A DNA stretch of 62,032 nucleotides, filler included, from 3 parts of 3 records of this genome joined end to end with filler, not necessarily neighbours in it; one strand, 5' to 3'. Numbered from the whole stretch's first letter, positions 27,701-37,811 are shown. Made by a program: numbers and translations. The notes: generated from the sequence alone by a model not told the origin.

Positions 27701-30700
27701 CGGCGCGCCCACGAGAACTCTTGTACATAACTCTCTCCGGCATTGAGATCAGCGGGGCGATTTGCTCGCAGAAGGACACGGAAATCGATCTGAGCGTTGG
27801 CGATCTGCAAATTGATCATCAATCGTACAGCGCGCATTTTCCCGTCGTCCTTCATGCTCCGCCCAGCGAACGGCGGCTTGCAGACGACAAGGCTGACGGG
27901 CAGGCGGGGTCGCCCGGATCAGCTTCCCGGGATCTCGTGGAAACGCTCCCTGTGTTTTTTGCACATGTGTCTCTCTCAAACAAACGCGCGGATGTGGACC
28001 GGTTTGAACGTCTTGTCCTTGTTCTGCAGCCTCTGCATGTCCAGCTCGAAGAGCAGCTGTTATACAATATCGCTGAATTTGCTACAGATGTCGCGCTTGC
28101 CTTTGGAGACAATGACGCAACAAGTGAACCAGACGATATGGGTGCAGGGCGCAACGCGGACCTGGACAAGGCGCGGAGTCCGCGTCAGGGCAAAGATGTG
28201 CCAAATGCGAGCTCGCACAAGAGCCGCGCTGCCGCTGAAGACGGAGCCGCGTCTGCGCTCGAGAGTGTGCTCGCGAGTGTTTCTGCTGCAGGGAAGTCGC
28301 GCCTCGTGTACTTTCGCAAACTCGAAATTCATCCTGTCAAAGTCTGGGTGTCGTTTGCTGCGTCTGCTCTTTTGCGTGATGATGAAAGTGGCGACAGTGA
28401 CGAGGGCGACGATGACGATGCTGGCGGTAGCGAAGGCGAGGATCGTGATCACAGCGCAGGAGAGGATCGCGAGACGGTACGCGACGATGGCGGCGCGCGT
28501 AGTGACGGCGGCCGGGTTCCACGGTGGCGGCGTGCATTTGCTCGGTGGAAGCCAGATCATCGGGCTGGCGCGGATCCTGAACCGCGTGCAAGTCCGTCGA
28601 GGAGCGACACCGATCTTGAGGATGTCACGCGGTTTCCCGAGGGGTCACAGGCCGGGTCCGTCGGCGAAGGGCATTCGAGCCGTGCGAGCCAATCGTCTTC
28701 AGCATCGGATCGCGCCAGCGGTGCCGGCGCGTTCTCGGAACCGCTATCGGCGCCCTCCAGCAGCGCGGGCGATGGGGTCGCGCGCGGAACTCGACGACGC
28801 GACAAGGGCCGTCGGCGTTCTCGTCGCTCTCGTCGTCGACGTCGGCGTCGTGCGTCAAACGCTGCCTCTGCGGGGCGCGTCGGGGGAGGATCGGCACTCA
28901 CGACGGGGGCGTCGTTGTTCGTGTCGCGGTTTGTGCGATCTGTGGGGCTGACCCTGGCGTCCATTGACCGTGCGCCGATTCGCCTGAAGTCTCTGTCCAT
29001 TGACCACGTGTTTGAGACGCACGCGCAGCTAGCGGAGAGAATCTCGCAGCATTACCAGATGCAAGTTGTTTTCGAAGTGTACAAGATCCTTGGGTCTGCT
29101 GACATTCTTGGCAATCCGGTGAACCTGGTCTCGTCGCTTGGTACAGGAGTGACGTCGCTCTTTTACGAGCCCGCGCTTGCAATGCGCGAGTCGGCATCGC
29201 TGTCCAGTGTTGGGCGCGGTATTGCACGCGGTGCATTGTCGGCGGTGAAGCACTCGCTTGCTGGAGCACTGAACACTGCATCAAAACTGACGGGAACCGT
29301 CAGTGGCGGGCTGGCGAATCTCGGCTTCGATGACGACTATGTCCGCCGGCGCAGGGTGATGTTGTCTCGCACGCGTGCCGCTGGCGGGCCGACTTCCGGC
29401 GGCGCGAATCCACGCGCAGCACACGCAGATCAAGGGCGCAGAGCGACGGGCGGTTCCGACCGCGATAGGGGGCTGACACACACGCTTGAGGCCACTACGA
29501 GCGTTGGGCGCTCGATCGGTGCTGGCGCGATGCATCTTGGACGCGGGATTCTCGATGGTGTCGCCGGAGTTTTGACCAAGCCGATCGAGGGCGCCGGGCG
29601 CGACGGATTTGGCGGTTTCCTCAAGGGCATTGGCAAGGGAATCATTGGCGTTGCTGTGAAACCGGTGACGAGCGTGCTGGACTTTGCTTCACACACGACA
29701 GACTCCCTGCGCCACTACACGGAGACACTGGACGGCAGTGGCGGCGACGATCTCACGAATGTGCGGCGCGTGCGCGCCCCGCGGCTCTTCGGCGGCAGCG
29801 GGAACATTTTGGTACCTTATGCAGAAACAGAGTCGGAGGGGCAATTTCTCTTGTATAGTATCGATGGCGGGCAGTATGCGCGGGAACGTGTGCTTGCGCA
29901 TCTAACGGTACCGCCGTCCTCTGTGCTTGTGACTGCGCGGCGCATTCTGTGCGTGAAGCTGCGCACACTCGCACAGCGGTGGATGGTGCCAGTGCGTGAG
30001 ATTCACGCAATCGAGATTGAGCCGGAGAGCACGTCGAACGATCGAAAAGATGTAGTACATGTTGTGTACGAACGCGAAGAAGACAAGGCGAGGAAGCGCG
30101 CTGTACATGGCAAGGGCAGACACCACAATCTAAAGCGGCGCTCGTTTGCGCTTCCACCGTCGGGGACGGCGGAAGGAACACGAATTCGCAACGCAGTCTC
30201 CCAAATCAAAGCCCTCATTGCTGAGCGGCGGAACGGCGCCGTGCCCTTGCTTGTCGGGGCAGGTGCGGCGCGGCGGGTGCAGCGCGGCGGAAGTAGCGTC
30301 GCTGAAGAAGATGCTGCGATCGGGGCTTCGCTCGGCGGGGTGGGGAGCGCTGCATCTGTGATCAACGACAGTGCCAGTGATATTAGCAGCGTAGCGGGTG
30401 TTGAACAGCGCATTCCGGGGGATACTGCGCGCGCGGCCGACGTTGGCAACGTGTCGCAGCCGAGCGGCGATGAGCGCGCGCCGGAGCGACAAACCGGCGC
30501 GGCAGCTGTGGCGCCGGGCGTGCGCGACCTGCAGAGGTCCGTGTCGTTTGCCGGAATCGATGTCGGAAACGAAAGCGACGGCGATGATCGAGACCGCAGT
30601 TTCAAGACGTCTGCAAGTGAGCGCGAGGGTGGCGAGGCTGGCGCTTCCGTGACGGGGCCGGGTAGCGCCTCGGAGGCGTCGACGTCTGGAACAGGGCCGA

Positions 30701-30780
30701 TTGGGGGCAAGGGCCGCCGCCGGCGCGCAGGACGCTTGTTCACACCGATCGAAGATACGATTGTGCGAAAGCACAAGTAG
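15777..30780 (+). CDS. VPS13: VPS13-family bridge-like lipid transfer protein, ~4539 aa, 3 exons
   Basis: Exons 15777-15867, 16555-16676 and 17374-30780 join in frame into a chorein N-terminus (LKKTLGKYVRDLNVDKLNL-G-VTGGNIVLENL...GFIGKLMIQ-VSWLSLLSSPIEIRIENLFLL). Later motifs: NPRAWWRFA, VAPRYVIVN, PYRVENHT, RELLYITL, LQIDHQ, GFLKGIGKGIIGVAVKP. Confidence 0.95.
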
Positions 30781-31351
30781 GGAGCGCGGCACTGCGTCGG
30801 TTTCATCTTTAGGGGAGTATCACGCGAGATATCGATTGCCGTGTGACGACCTTTTTGTTGTTGGTTTACGCAATGAGTGTGTCACGTACGCTTTGTAAGC
30901 GGCGGCGCCTGCGAGGTGCAACGGAAGCGGCGAAACAAGTCATCGTTGCTCGTCGATATCGGAGATGCGAACGCGCAGGATAGGCGCCGTTGCCAAGGAA
31001 GGAGCTGAGCTGCCCGTCGTTCCCTCGCGTCATTTCGGGTATTCGTCTCCATTCACAGGGATCTGTGTTTCCGAAGCGGGCGTGTAATATGTAACTGTAC
31101 ATTGCTTCTCTTCTGAACATCGGCATCGGGCAATTTCTTCCATCTGCTTGCCGGCACTGTGCTCGGTGCCTCCGAGCGGGGGCGGCACCCCGGGGGCTTC
31201 TGGCAGTCCCGTAGGCTGCTTCACCGCGAGTGTCTGCCGCTGTAGATGAATACTTGCTCAAGACTTTGTCAGTGATGCTGTCAAGAACGTGTGTCATATT
31301 TCAATCAGGTGATGACGACTTGTCTCACCGACCTTTCTGTAATATATGAGT

Positions 31352-31451
31352 NNNNNNNNNNNNNNNNNNNNNNNNNNNNNNNNNNNNNNNNNNNNTTAAT
31401 TAATTAANNNNNNNNNNNNNNNNNNNNNNNNNNNNNNNNNNNNNNNNNNNN
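31352..31451. other. Artificial contig spacer
   Basis: 44 N + TTAATTAATTAA (stops in all six frames) + 44 N. Confidence 0.98.
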
Positions 31452-31457
31452 GTCAGC

Positions 31458-31638
31458 ATGCCGCGCTTCAAGGCTTATAACCACGATCAGAATGCCATGG
31501 GGGATCAACTACCAAGACCAGCTCCCGTCAAGCATCTTTGAACACGCTATATCTGATCGAGCACAAGCTCGACTTGTCCGCTTTCCATCTCCCAGTACCG
31601 TAACGACCGGACGGCTGGCCTACGATCCGGCCATTCTT
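31458..31638 (+). pseudogene. IS1182-family transposase N-terminal remnant, frameshifted and truncated
   Basis: MPRFKAYNHDQNAM..INYQDQL..FEHA..LIEHKLDLS..TGRLAYDPAIL spread over different frames. Confidence 0.75.
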
Positions 31639-31686
31639 ATGTATTTCGAGCGTTGGCCTGCAAAACCAGAAATTAGGTGATTAAAT

Positions 31687-32001
31687 ATGAAGCCAAAACT
31701 TTCCGGAGGCCTAGTGCATGAATTGCCCGTTGATTTGGCCGTAGCATTAACTGAAAAAGGCCTCATTAATACTTGGGAAGCCTTATCGGCAATTGGCCGT
31801 AATGAGTTTATTTGTTGGGTTGAAGACGCCAAACAAGAGAAAACTAGAGTAAAACGGATAGCTCGAGCTATTGAAGAGCTTCTAGAAGGAAAAAAAAGAC
31901 CTTGTTGCTGGGTAGGGTGTATACATCGCACTGACAAGAAACCTAGTAAATGGCAACAGGATGTTTTGATAGATAAAAAGAAAAAACCAGTAGCAAAATG
32001 A
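31687..32001 (+). CDS. YdeI/OmpD-associated family protein (gene cassette)
   Basis: RNEFICWVEDAKQEKTRVKRIARA motif; an attC follows the stop. Confidence 0.85.
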   Translation: MKPKLSGGLVHELPVDLAVALTEKGLINTWEALSAIGRNEFICWVEDAKQEKTRVKRIARAIEELLEGKKRPCCWVGCIHRTDKKPSKWQQDVLIDKKKKPVAK

Positions 32002-32008
32002 AACTAAT

Positions 32009-32125
32009 GCATAACAAATTGCTCCATTTGATTCAGCGGTCTACGCTCCTTTTTATGCATTCACAATGTTCACTGTTGCACAAAAAATCGCTACAACCGT
32101 TGCGTAAATGAGCAAGGCGTTATCG
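32009..32125 (+). mobile_element. Integron attC site, apparently intact
   Basis: GCATAAC...GTTATCG outer cores. The inner box TTGCTCCATTT pairs with AAATGAGCAA, leaving one extrahelical base. Confidence 0.85.
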
Positions 32126-32146
32126 AGAAGGTGGAGGTATACACCA

Positions 32147-32512
32147 ATGCAATCAGACGTAGTTAATTTGTCCGAAAAATTCAGTAAGTTTGCTGAATAC
32201 TGGTCGCCACGCGTTGTCGCGGAGATGAACGACTATCAGATCAAGCTGGCAAAGTTTCAGGGGGATTTTGTTTGGCATGATCATAAAGATACGGACGAGG
32301 TTTTTTTGGTAGTCAAAGGAGCAATGGGCATTGAACTCCGAGATGGTACTGTTCATCTATCAGAAGGAGAGATATATGTTGTTCCCAGGGGTGTGGAGCA
32401 TCGGCCCTTCGCTGAAGATGAATGCCATGTCCTCCTTATTGAGCCTCAAGGCGTGGTCAATACAGGGGACTCCGGCGGCGAGCTTCGGGCGGAAAATGAT
32501 GTGTGGATATAG
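32147..32512 (+). CDS. Cupin domain protein (cassette)
   Basis: [46 protein letters not shown] before ATG 32147. Confidence 0.9.
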   Translation: MQSDVVNLSEKFSKFAEYWSPRVVAEMNDYQIKLAKFQGDFVWHDHKDTDEVFLVVKGAMGIELRDGTVHLSEGEIYVVPRGVEHRPFAEDECHVLLIEPQGVVNTGDSGGELRAENDVWI

Positions 32513-32527
32513 CGATAGGCTATCTTT

Positions 32528-32580
32528 CGCTAACAATGCTAAGCACGGAGATGTATTTTTCGTTCCGGCTTCATCTCTCT
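32528..32580 (+). mobile_element. attC left-half remnant
   Basis: CGCTAACAATGCTAAGCACGG. TCGCTAAC is near-complementary to the cassette's 5' core GTTATCGA; the right half is missing. Confidence 0.6.
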
Positions 32581-32680
32581 TAAGGTGGACCCTCAAACGT
32601 CTGAATTCCAATATTATGACGATTCAGGCAGATAACTCGCTGAGTAAATAAATTAGGATGATAGGCGGTGGAGGCGGCTC

Positions 32681-32710
32681 GAAATGGGGTTTTCTACCGT
32701 CTCGTTAAAC
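32681..32710 (+). mobile_element. IS-like terminal repeat abutting a cassette core site (copy 1)
   Basis: GAAATGGGGTTTTCTACCGTCTC|GTTAAAC, similar to 39975-40002. Confidence 0.55.
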
Positions 32711-32736
32711 GATAAAATATACTGTATAGGCGTGAA

Positions 32737-33510
32737 ATGGATTATTTGAGCATAAATAAAGAGGCGTGGGACAAAAGAACCAAAGTACACGTTGAATCGT
32801 CGTTCTACGATATTGAGTCATTCAAAAATGGTAAATGCTCGTTAAACCCAGTAGAGCTGAAACAGGTTGGAAATGTAGAGGGGAAATCTTTATTACATCT
32901 ACAGTGTCATTTTGGTCAAGATACCCTGTCTTGGGCTCGTTTAGGTGCAGAGGTCACGGGTGTTGATTTGTCTGCTGATGCAATCGAACAGGCAAACTTA
33001 CTGAAGCAGTCTTTAGGCTTAAAAGCAAATTTTATCGAAAGTGACGTTGTTCAATTTGGTCGTGAAAACACACAGAAATTTGATATCGTATTTACTTCAT
33101 ACGGAGTTTTGTGCTGGCTATCCAATTTGGCGGATTGGGCACAAACAGTCGCTAAATCATTAAAAACTGGTGGCGAATTTCATCTGATTGAGTTTCATGC
33201 TTTTTGCGACTTGTTGTCAGGTTACTCGTACTTCTCTCGCGGTGCCCCTGATGTTGAAGAGGAAGGTACTTATACCGAAAACTGCGATGGCACTAAATCA
33301 ACTGTGGTGACTTGGTCCCATTCAATGAGTGAGGTTATAAGCGCTTTAATTGGTGCAGGGTTAGCTATAGAGTCTTTCTCTGAGCATCCCTATAGCCCTT
33401 ATAATTGCTTTGATGGTTTAGAGTTGGTGCCAGACTTAGGGTATCAAATGTTATATAAGGGACAACAGGTTCCATTGTTGTACGCAATTAAAGCACGAAA
33501 AATCGCCTAA
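32737..33510 (+). CDS. Class I SAM-dependent methyltransferase (cassette)
   Basis: LLHLQCHFGQDTLSWARLGAEVTGVDLS; the stop codon lies inside GCCTAAC. Confidence 0.9.
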   Translation: MDYLSINKEAWDKRTKVHVESSFYDIESFKNGKCSLNPVELKQVGNVEGKSLLHLQCHFGQDTLSWARLGAEVTGVDLSADAIEQANLLKQSLGLKANFIESDVVQFGRENTQKFDIVFTSYGVLCWLSNLADWAQTVAKSLKTGGEFHLIEFHAFCDLLSGYSYFSRGAPDVEEEGTYTENCDGTKSTVVTWSHSMSEVISALIGAGLAIESFSEHPYSPYNCFDGLELVPDLGYQMLYKGQQVPLLYAIKARKIA

Positions 33511-33631
33511 CATGCTGCTCGAAAGCTATTATGTGATTTTCTCGGTTTAGTGTGTACCTTGGGCTAGTTCAGGCGAGGCGAAAAAATCCAGCATACAAGA
33601 AGTAGAAGAAGACACTGTTTGACGGGCATCA

Positions 33632-33661
33632 TTGATGCTTACGTGAACACGTAAGCATCAA
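33632..33661. terminator. Perfect 14-bp inverted repeat between convergent genes
   Basis: TTGATGCTTACGTG-AA-CACGTAAGCATCAA. Confidence 0.55.
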
Positions 33662-33714
33662 CCAAGTAATGCTAAGCGTTGTCTAACCGTTACTCAGGGA
33701 AATGATTAGGGCGC

Positions 33715-34257
33715 TCAGTTATTGCCCCGCTTCAGCGCCTCTGCGTCGATTTCCAGGAAAGCCTGCTCGGAAGACTCATGTTGCCCAGTCGACTCAAAAG
33801 TCTTCAATAGTGACCACTCATAAAGTGGGGCGCCGGGGTGTTGGCTGGATTGTTGGATACCGTAAACCTCAAACGTAAAAGGCCCAGGCCCAAACAAATC
33901 CCTATTCTCAGTATGCTTTTTGGCGACCACTAGAAAAACGCCATTATCGGACTCGAAAAGGCGGTTGTCCCGAATCGTTATGGCGCCGGAGAAAATACGA
34001 TGATCTAGCCAAGTGAATGTATCTCGATTGGCTGCTGGTATAATGCTGAGCTCGCCGTTAGGCATGCGAATGAAGAAGGTCAGCGAATTATTACTATATG
34101 ACATGTTTCTGTCATATATCGAGGCAATGACATAATCCTCCATACCGTTTCTGTTGAGATCAATACGGTTTACGCCATCGGTTAACTCAAGCTGAGAAAA
34201 CGCCATGGCATTAGTGCTAAAAAAGTAAACCAGCAGGAAGAATAGGTGCTTACTCAT
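33715..34257 (-). CDS. carG: CarG-like (carbapenem self-resistance family) exported protein
   Basis: Signal peptide, then LTDGVNRIDLNRNGMEDYV...YDRNMS; 180 aa; overlaps the end of the carF-like gene. Confidence 0.65.
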   Translation of the reverse strand: MSKHLFFLLVYFFSTNAMAFSQLELTDGVNRIDLNRNGMEDYVIASIYDRNMSYSNNSLTFFIRMPNGELSIIPAANRDTFTWLDHRIFSGAITIRDNRLFESDNGVFLVVAKKHTENRDLFGPGPFTFEVYGIQQSSQHPGAPLYEWSLLKTFESTGQHESSEQAFLEIDAEALKRGNN

Positions 34258-35116
34258 CGACCGCTCTTATTAACCGGAAACCGATATCGGGCATTCCAAA
34301 CCCCGGAGAATGTACATCACAACCTGATAGCACGTTAGTGACAGCCTGTTGATAGCTGCCACCACAAAAATAATACATGGGGATTCCCTGAGCGTAATGG
34401 TTTCTTTCATCAATCCACTCCGCCGCGTTACCGCTCATATCGTAAAGATCCAAAGCATTGGGAAGCTTAGAGCCAACGGGCAGCGTACCCAATATGGTGC
34501 CATCTTCAGAGGGGAAGTTGGCGACTGCTTCTGGTTGTGGACTGCCTGAATGAGGGTAGCCATAGGAACCGTCTGCAATACCTTCATAGCCACCTCTAGC
34601 CGCGACTTGCCATGCAACCATATCAGGTAAACGGTACCCCGATGCTTTAGGCGCCCTTAGTATGTCGGAGCTATCATCGATTTCCGGTATGGCTTTAAGC
34701 GGCGCCCCCTCGGTGTCTAAGTAGTAGGGAGTCAGCCCTTGGTATTCACTTAGGGCATTGGCAAACAAAATGGTATCCCACCAGGTGACATTAACGGCAG
34801 GGTGCTGGCCGCTACTCTGGTTGTCTGACCGACAGCCGTCAATTGTGGCGCCATCACAGGCGTCGCCCAATGAATAACCATGTTGGAAGGCCCAGGATTG
34901 CACTTCCTGATAGAGCCGATACGGCACTTCCGTTTTCATGATCAAGAATGACGGGGTAGAAAGATTGGCATTGCCAGCATAATCTTGGTCGCCAAAAAAT
35001 GTGCCGACGTAAAAGCTGCCGCCCTCTACTTTAGCTTCGTCTGGCAAATGAAAACTACTCTGCGCAAACACAGGTGTACAAAAAAGAAAACACAAAATCC
35101 CGGTGACATTTTTCAA
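34250..35116 (-). CDS. carF: CarF-like FGE-sulfatase (SUMF1) domain exported protein
   Basis: Signal peptide; TEVPYRLY, HPAVNVTWWDTILFANALS, GYRLP, PNALDLYDMSGNAAEW, DIGFRL. Confidence 0.7.
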   Translation of the reverse strand: MKNVTGILCFLFCTPVFAQSSFHLPDEAKVEGGSFYVGTFFGDQDYAGNANLSTPSFLIMKTEVPYRLYQEVQSWAFQHGYSLGDACDGATIDGCRSDNQSSGQHPAVNVTWWDTILFANALSEYQGLTPYYLDTEGAPLKAIPEIDDSSDILRAPKASGYRLPDMVAWQVAARGGYEGIADGSYGYPHSGSPQPEAVANFPSEDGTILGTLPVGSKLPNALDLYDMSGNAAEWIDERNHYAQGIPMYYFCGGSYQQAVTNVLSGCDVHSPGFGMPDIGFRLIRAVDE

Positions 35117-35499
35117 AATCTAAAACCTTAGGTCTACTAGTGCCTAATTATTTTTTGGGAAATATAAATTTTTCGATTTTACGTTACGCTTATTGTAGTT
35201 AATAATCTGCTTTAAAAGCTATCGCTAATTCATAGCAGAAGCAGACCTTTCGTCGCATTGCGGACTAGTCTTTGGGGAAGCAGAAAAAGGTATCTCTGAC
35301 CAAGGCCTCGCTACTGAGCAGAACAGCGACCGACCTGACATTATCGATGGCGTTGACAACAATTGATGCGGAGAATGCCGCCGACGCAGCCTATGCAGGC
35401 GTTCGCACCGTTACCTTCAAAGTAAAATCGGTCAAGGAAAATAAGTAGCAAGGCGTTACTTATCTTGGTTGGAGCAGTTAAAGATGCAGGAGTAAAGCA

Positions 35500-36222
35500 G
35501 TGGAAACATATAAGCCTATACAGGTTCTCAAACCTGTTGCCAAAGATATTTGGATTGTGGATGGGCCACTCATAAAGTTTAAAGGGGTAAGCTTTCCTAC
35601 TAGGATGACGATTGTTCGGTTATCTTCTGGGGCATTATTTATACATTCTCCGGTCGAGCTTACTCAGTACTTGAAAGAAGAAGTTGAAAAGCTAGGAGAA
35701 GTTAAACATCTTGTGTCTCCCAACAGAATTCACTACTGGTGGATTGGTGAATGGAAAGCACTATATCCAAACGCAATATCATGGGCATCTCCTGGTTCTC
35801 GTGACGCCGCGCGGAAAGCTGGTTGGGAATTTGATAAGGATCTTTCAGATGAGCCAGAAAACGAATGGCGAGGGGATATAGAGCAGTTGATCGTTAAAGG
35901 GAGTAGGATTTTAGAAGAGGTCGTCTTTTACCATAAAGGCTCTAATACGCTTATCCTTGCTGATTTAATCGAGAATTTTGAGGCTCAAATGGAAAAATCA
36001 CTGATTATAAGGATGTTCATGTGGCTTGCTGGTAATTTGGATCCTGACGGCAAGCTTCCAATTGATTTGCGAATGGCATATTTAGGACGCCATAAGCAAT
36101 TAAAAAAGGCGATTGATAAAATTCTGGAATGGAGTCCTGATAAGGTAATCATTGCCCATGGCCGTTGGTATGAAGCGAATGGCGTTGCCGAATTAAAGCG
36201 TGCTTTTCGATGGGTGAAATAA
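35500..36222 (+). CDS. DUF4336 family (metallo-hydrolase-like) protein (cassette)
   Basis: FPTRMTIVRL, FIHSP, VSPNRIHY, LILADLIENF, IIAHG. It is preceded by AGCAAGGCGTTA (35448-35458 region), the same as the right end of the intact attC. Confidence 0.85.
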   Translation: METYKPIQVLKPVAKDIWIVDGPLIKFKGVSFPTRMTIVRLSSGALFIHSPVELTQYLKEEVEKLGEVKHLVSPNRIHYWWIGEWKALYPNAISWASPGSRDAARKAGWEFDKDLSDEPENEWRGDIEQLIVKGSRILEEVVFYHKGSNTLILADLIENFEAQMEKSLIIRMFMWLAGNLDPDGKLPIDLRMAYLGRHKQLKKAIDKILEWSPDKVIIAHGRWYEANGVAELKRAFRWVK

Positions 36223-36233
36223 TCAATAGCCAA

Positions 36234-36287
36234 AGATGATAAGTCAAGGCTGCCGGAGGCTTCGCGCCGCAGCTTGGGGCATTAGCA
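36234..36287 (+). mobile_element. Decayed attC
   Basis: CAAGGCTGCCGG-...-GCTTCGC-...-CCGCAGCTTG stem with an extra base; both cores are mutated (ATGAT; GGGCATTAGC). Confidence 0.7.
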
Positions 36288-36311
36288 GTCAGCAGTAAAA
36301 AGGAACTTTCA

Positions 36312-36434
36312 ATAGACTTAAAGTATCGTTCAGCTAAATCTGAAGATCTGGAGAGTCTTGTAGCTTTGCTTATAAATGACCTGCTTAGTAGTCAAAGAGA
36401 AGACTCAGCGATTTCTTTGGGAAGGCGATTCTGA
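36312..36434 (+). pseudogene. Truncated GNAT acetyltransferase N-terminus
   Basis: (ATA)DLKYRSAKSEDLESLVALLINDLLSSQRED...*, downstream of an AGGA RBS. Confidence 0.55.
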
Positions 36435-36835
36435 TGACTGATCATGTTGGTTCTTGTCTGTGTGGCACCGTGAGATTTAAGGTAGAAGGCGAGTTTGACA
36501 GCTTTTACCTGTGTCATTGTCAGCACTGTCAAAAAGATACAGGTTCGGCTCATGCGGCAAATCTATTCTCAAGTTCAGCTAAATTGATCTGGCAGTCAGG
36601 TACAGATGCTGTGACTTGCTTTGCGCTTCCAGGCTCTCGTCATAATAAGAGTTTTTGTAAGTTGTGTGGTTCAGCATTACCGAATACTCAGATCGCGGGT
36701 TTGCTCGTTGTTCCTGCTGGGTGTTTGGACACTGAAATCACTATGTTGCCAACTGCACACATCTTTTTATCTAGCAAAGCTGCTTGGGATGGGGAGTTGG
36801 GGGAGGTGCTAAAGTTTGAGGGGCTGCCAGATTGA
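36434..36835 (+). CDS. GFA (glutathione-dependent formaldehyde-activating/CENP-V) family protein
   Basis: GSCLCG, CHCQHCQK, FCKLCGS. Confidence 0.92.
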   Translation: MTDHVGSCLCGTVRFKVEGEFDSFYLCHCQHCQKDTGSAHAANLFSSSAKLIWQSGTDAVTCFALPGSRHNKSFCKLCGSALPNTQIAGLLVVPAGCLDTEITMLPTAHIFLSSKAAWDGELGEVLKFEGLPD

Positions 36836-36844
36836 GCGACCATC

Positions 36845-36913
36845 ACGTAATCAGCGGCTGCTGCGGATACACCTATGCTGCGTTTTGTCATGCCGTAGAG
36901 CCAAGCATTAAGT
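36845..36913 (+). mobile_element. Decayed attC
   Basis: ACGTAAT..GGCTGCTGCGG...CCGTAGAGCC..GCATTAAGT; stem with an extra base, mutated cores. Confidence 0.7.
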
Positions 36914-36925
36914 CCAGGAATTACT

Positions 36926-37543
36926 ATGAGTTTAGTCGAAATATTAACTCTGTTTACAGTGATGTCAGCTTTAGCGCTAGTCCCCAGTACTAGTGTCGCC
37001 TTGGTCGTTGCTCGCGCTTCTTCTGCCGGATTCTCGAACGGCTGTGCCGTTGCGGCGGGTATTGTAGTCGGTGATCTTATCTTTGTATTGCTAGCTGTTT
37101 TAGGGATGACGGCGCTGGCAGACGTTGTGGGCAGCTTTTTCTTGATACTGAGATATTTGGCAGGCGCGTATTTGATCTGGTTTGGTATAAGTCTCATGAG
37201 ATCGAAAGCTCCATTGCAGGTGGAGCATTCCGGCCGGTCAGCATCGAAATTATCAGCAAGCTTTTTCTCTGGTCTACTCCTCACCCTCGGTGATGTAAAA
37301 GCTATATTTTTCTACGCGAGCTTATTCCCTACTTTTGTTGATTTGGCCACTATCCGGACATTGGATATCGCAGCAATTGCGATGATAACCATAGTCGCCG
37401 TTGGTGGTGTCAAATTAGGCTATGCATATTTCGCGGGGGCCGTTGCGTCAATTGGCATTAATCATAGAGCAGAACGAGCAGTTAAAGTGACGGCTGGTGG
37501 TTTAATGGTTGGAGCCGGATCGTATCTGATAGCAAAGGCTTAA
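36926..37543 (+). CDS. LysE family translocator (cassette)
   Basis: Hydrophobic; LRYLAGAYLIWFG, GLLLTLGDVKAIFFY. Confidence 0.9.
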   Translation: MSLVEILTLFTVMSALALVPSTSVALVVARASSAGFSNGCAVAAGIVVGDLIFVLLAVLGMTALADVVGSFFLILRYLAGAYLIWFGISLMRSKAPLQVEHSGRSASKLSASFFSGLLLTLGDVKAIFFYASLFPTFVDLATIRTLDIAAIAMITIVAVGGVKLGYAYFAGAVASIGINHRAERAVKVTAGGLMVGAGSYLIAKA

Positions 37544-37651
37544 GAAAGGCGCCAGCTGTAGCTGGCGCCATACCGTCTTTTGGCCCCATCAAACATGATC
37601 AACTTTGTGGGTGATTCAATCTGCTTCTACGCGTATCAGAAGTTGAAAAAC

Positions 37652-37692
37652 ACATAACAAGCAAAGGCAGGCGGATACTTCGGGCGTTATTA
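37652..37692 (+). mobile_element. Internally deleted attC
   Basis: ACATAACAAGCAAAGGCAGGCGGA joined almost directly to CTTCGGGCGTTAT. Confidence 0.65.
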
Positions 37693-37776
37693 TTTGCCCC
37701 TTAACCCTCGAGGAGGTAGGGCTATAAACACTTCAAAGCTAGATATCTCGTTACGACTAGGCTGATGCCTTCCTGC

Positions 37777-37806
37777 TTGACATATGCGTTGGTAAGGTTC
37801 TAAAGT
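37777..37806 (+). promoter_or_regulatory. Sigma70-like promoter of the MATE operon
   Basis: TTGACA-18 bp-TAAAGT. Confidence 0.6.
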
Positions 37807-37811
37807 CTGCG

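Noticed and set aside
17361-30806. Many long antisense and alternate-frame ORFs over VPS13 (up to 694 aa)
   Set aside because: Shadow ORFs of GC-rich coding DNA with no recognisable motifs.
30866-31297. 143-aa minus-strand ORF at the eukaryotic contig end
   Set aside because: No recognisable domain or clear exon structure.
30780-32001. Bacteria-to-eukaryote gene transfer at the junction
   Set aside because: The junction is a synthetic N/TTAATTAATTAA spacer.
37548-37569. GGCGCCAGCT-GT-AGCTGGCGCC hairpin after lysE
   Set aside because: Single copy; most simply a terminator-like stem.
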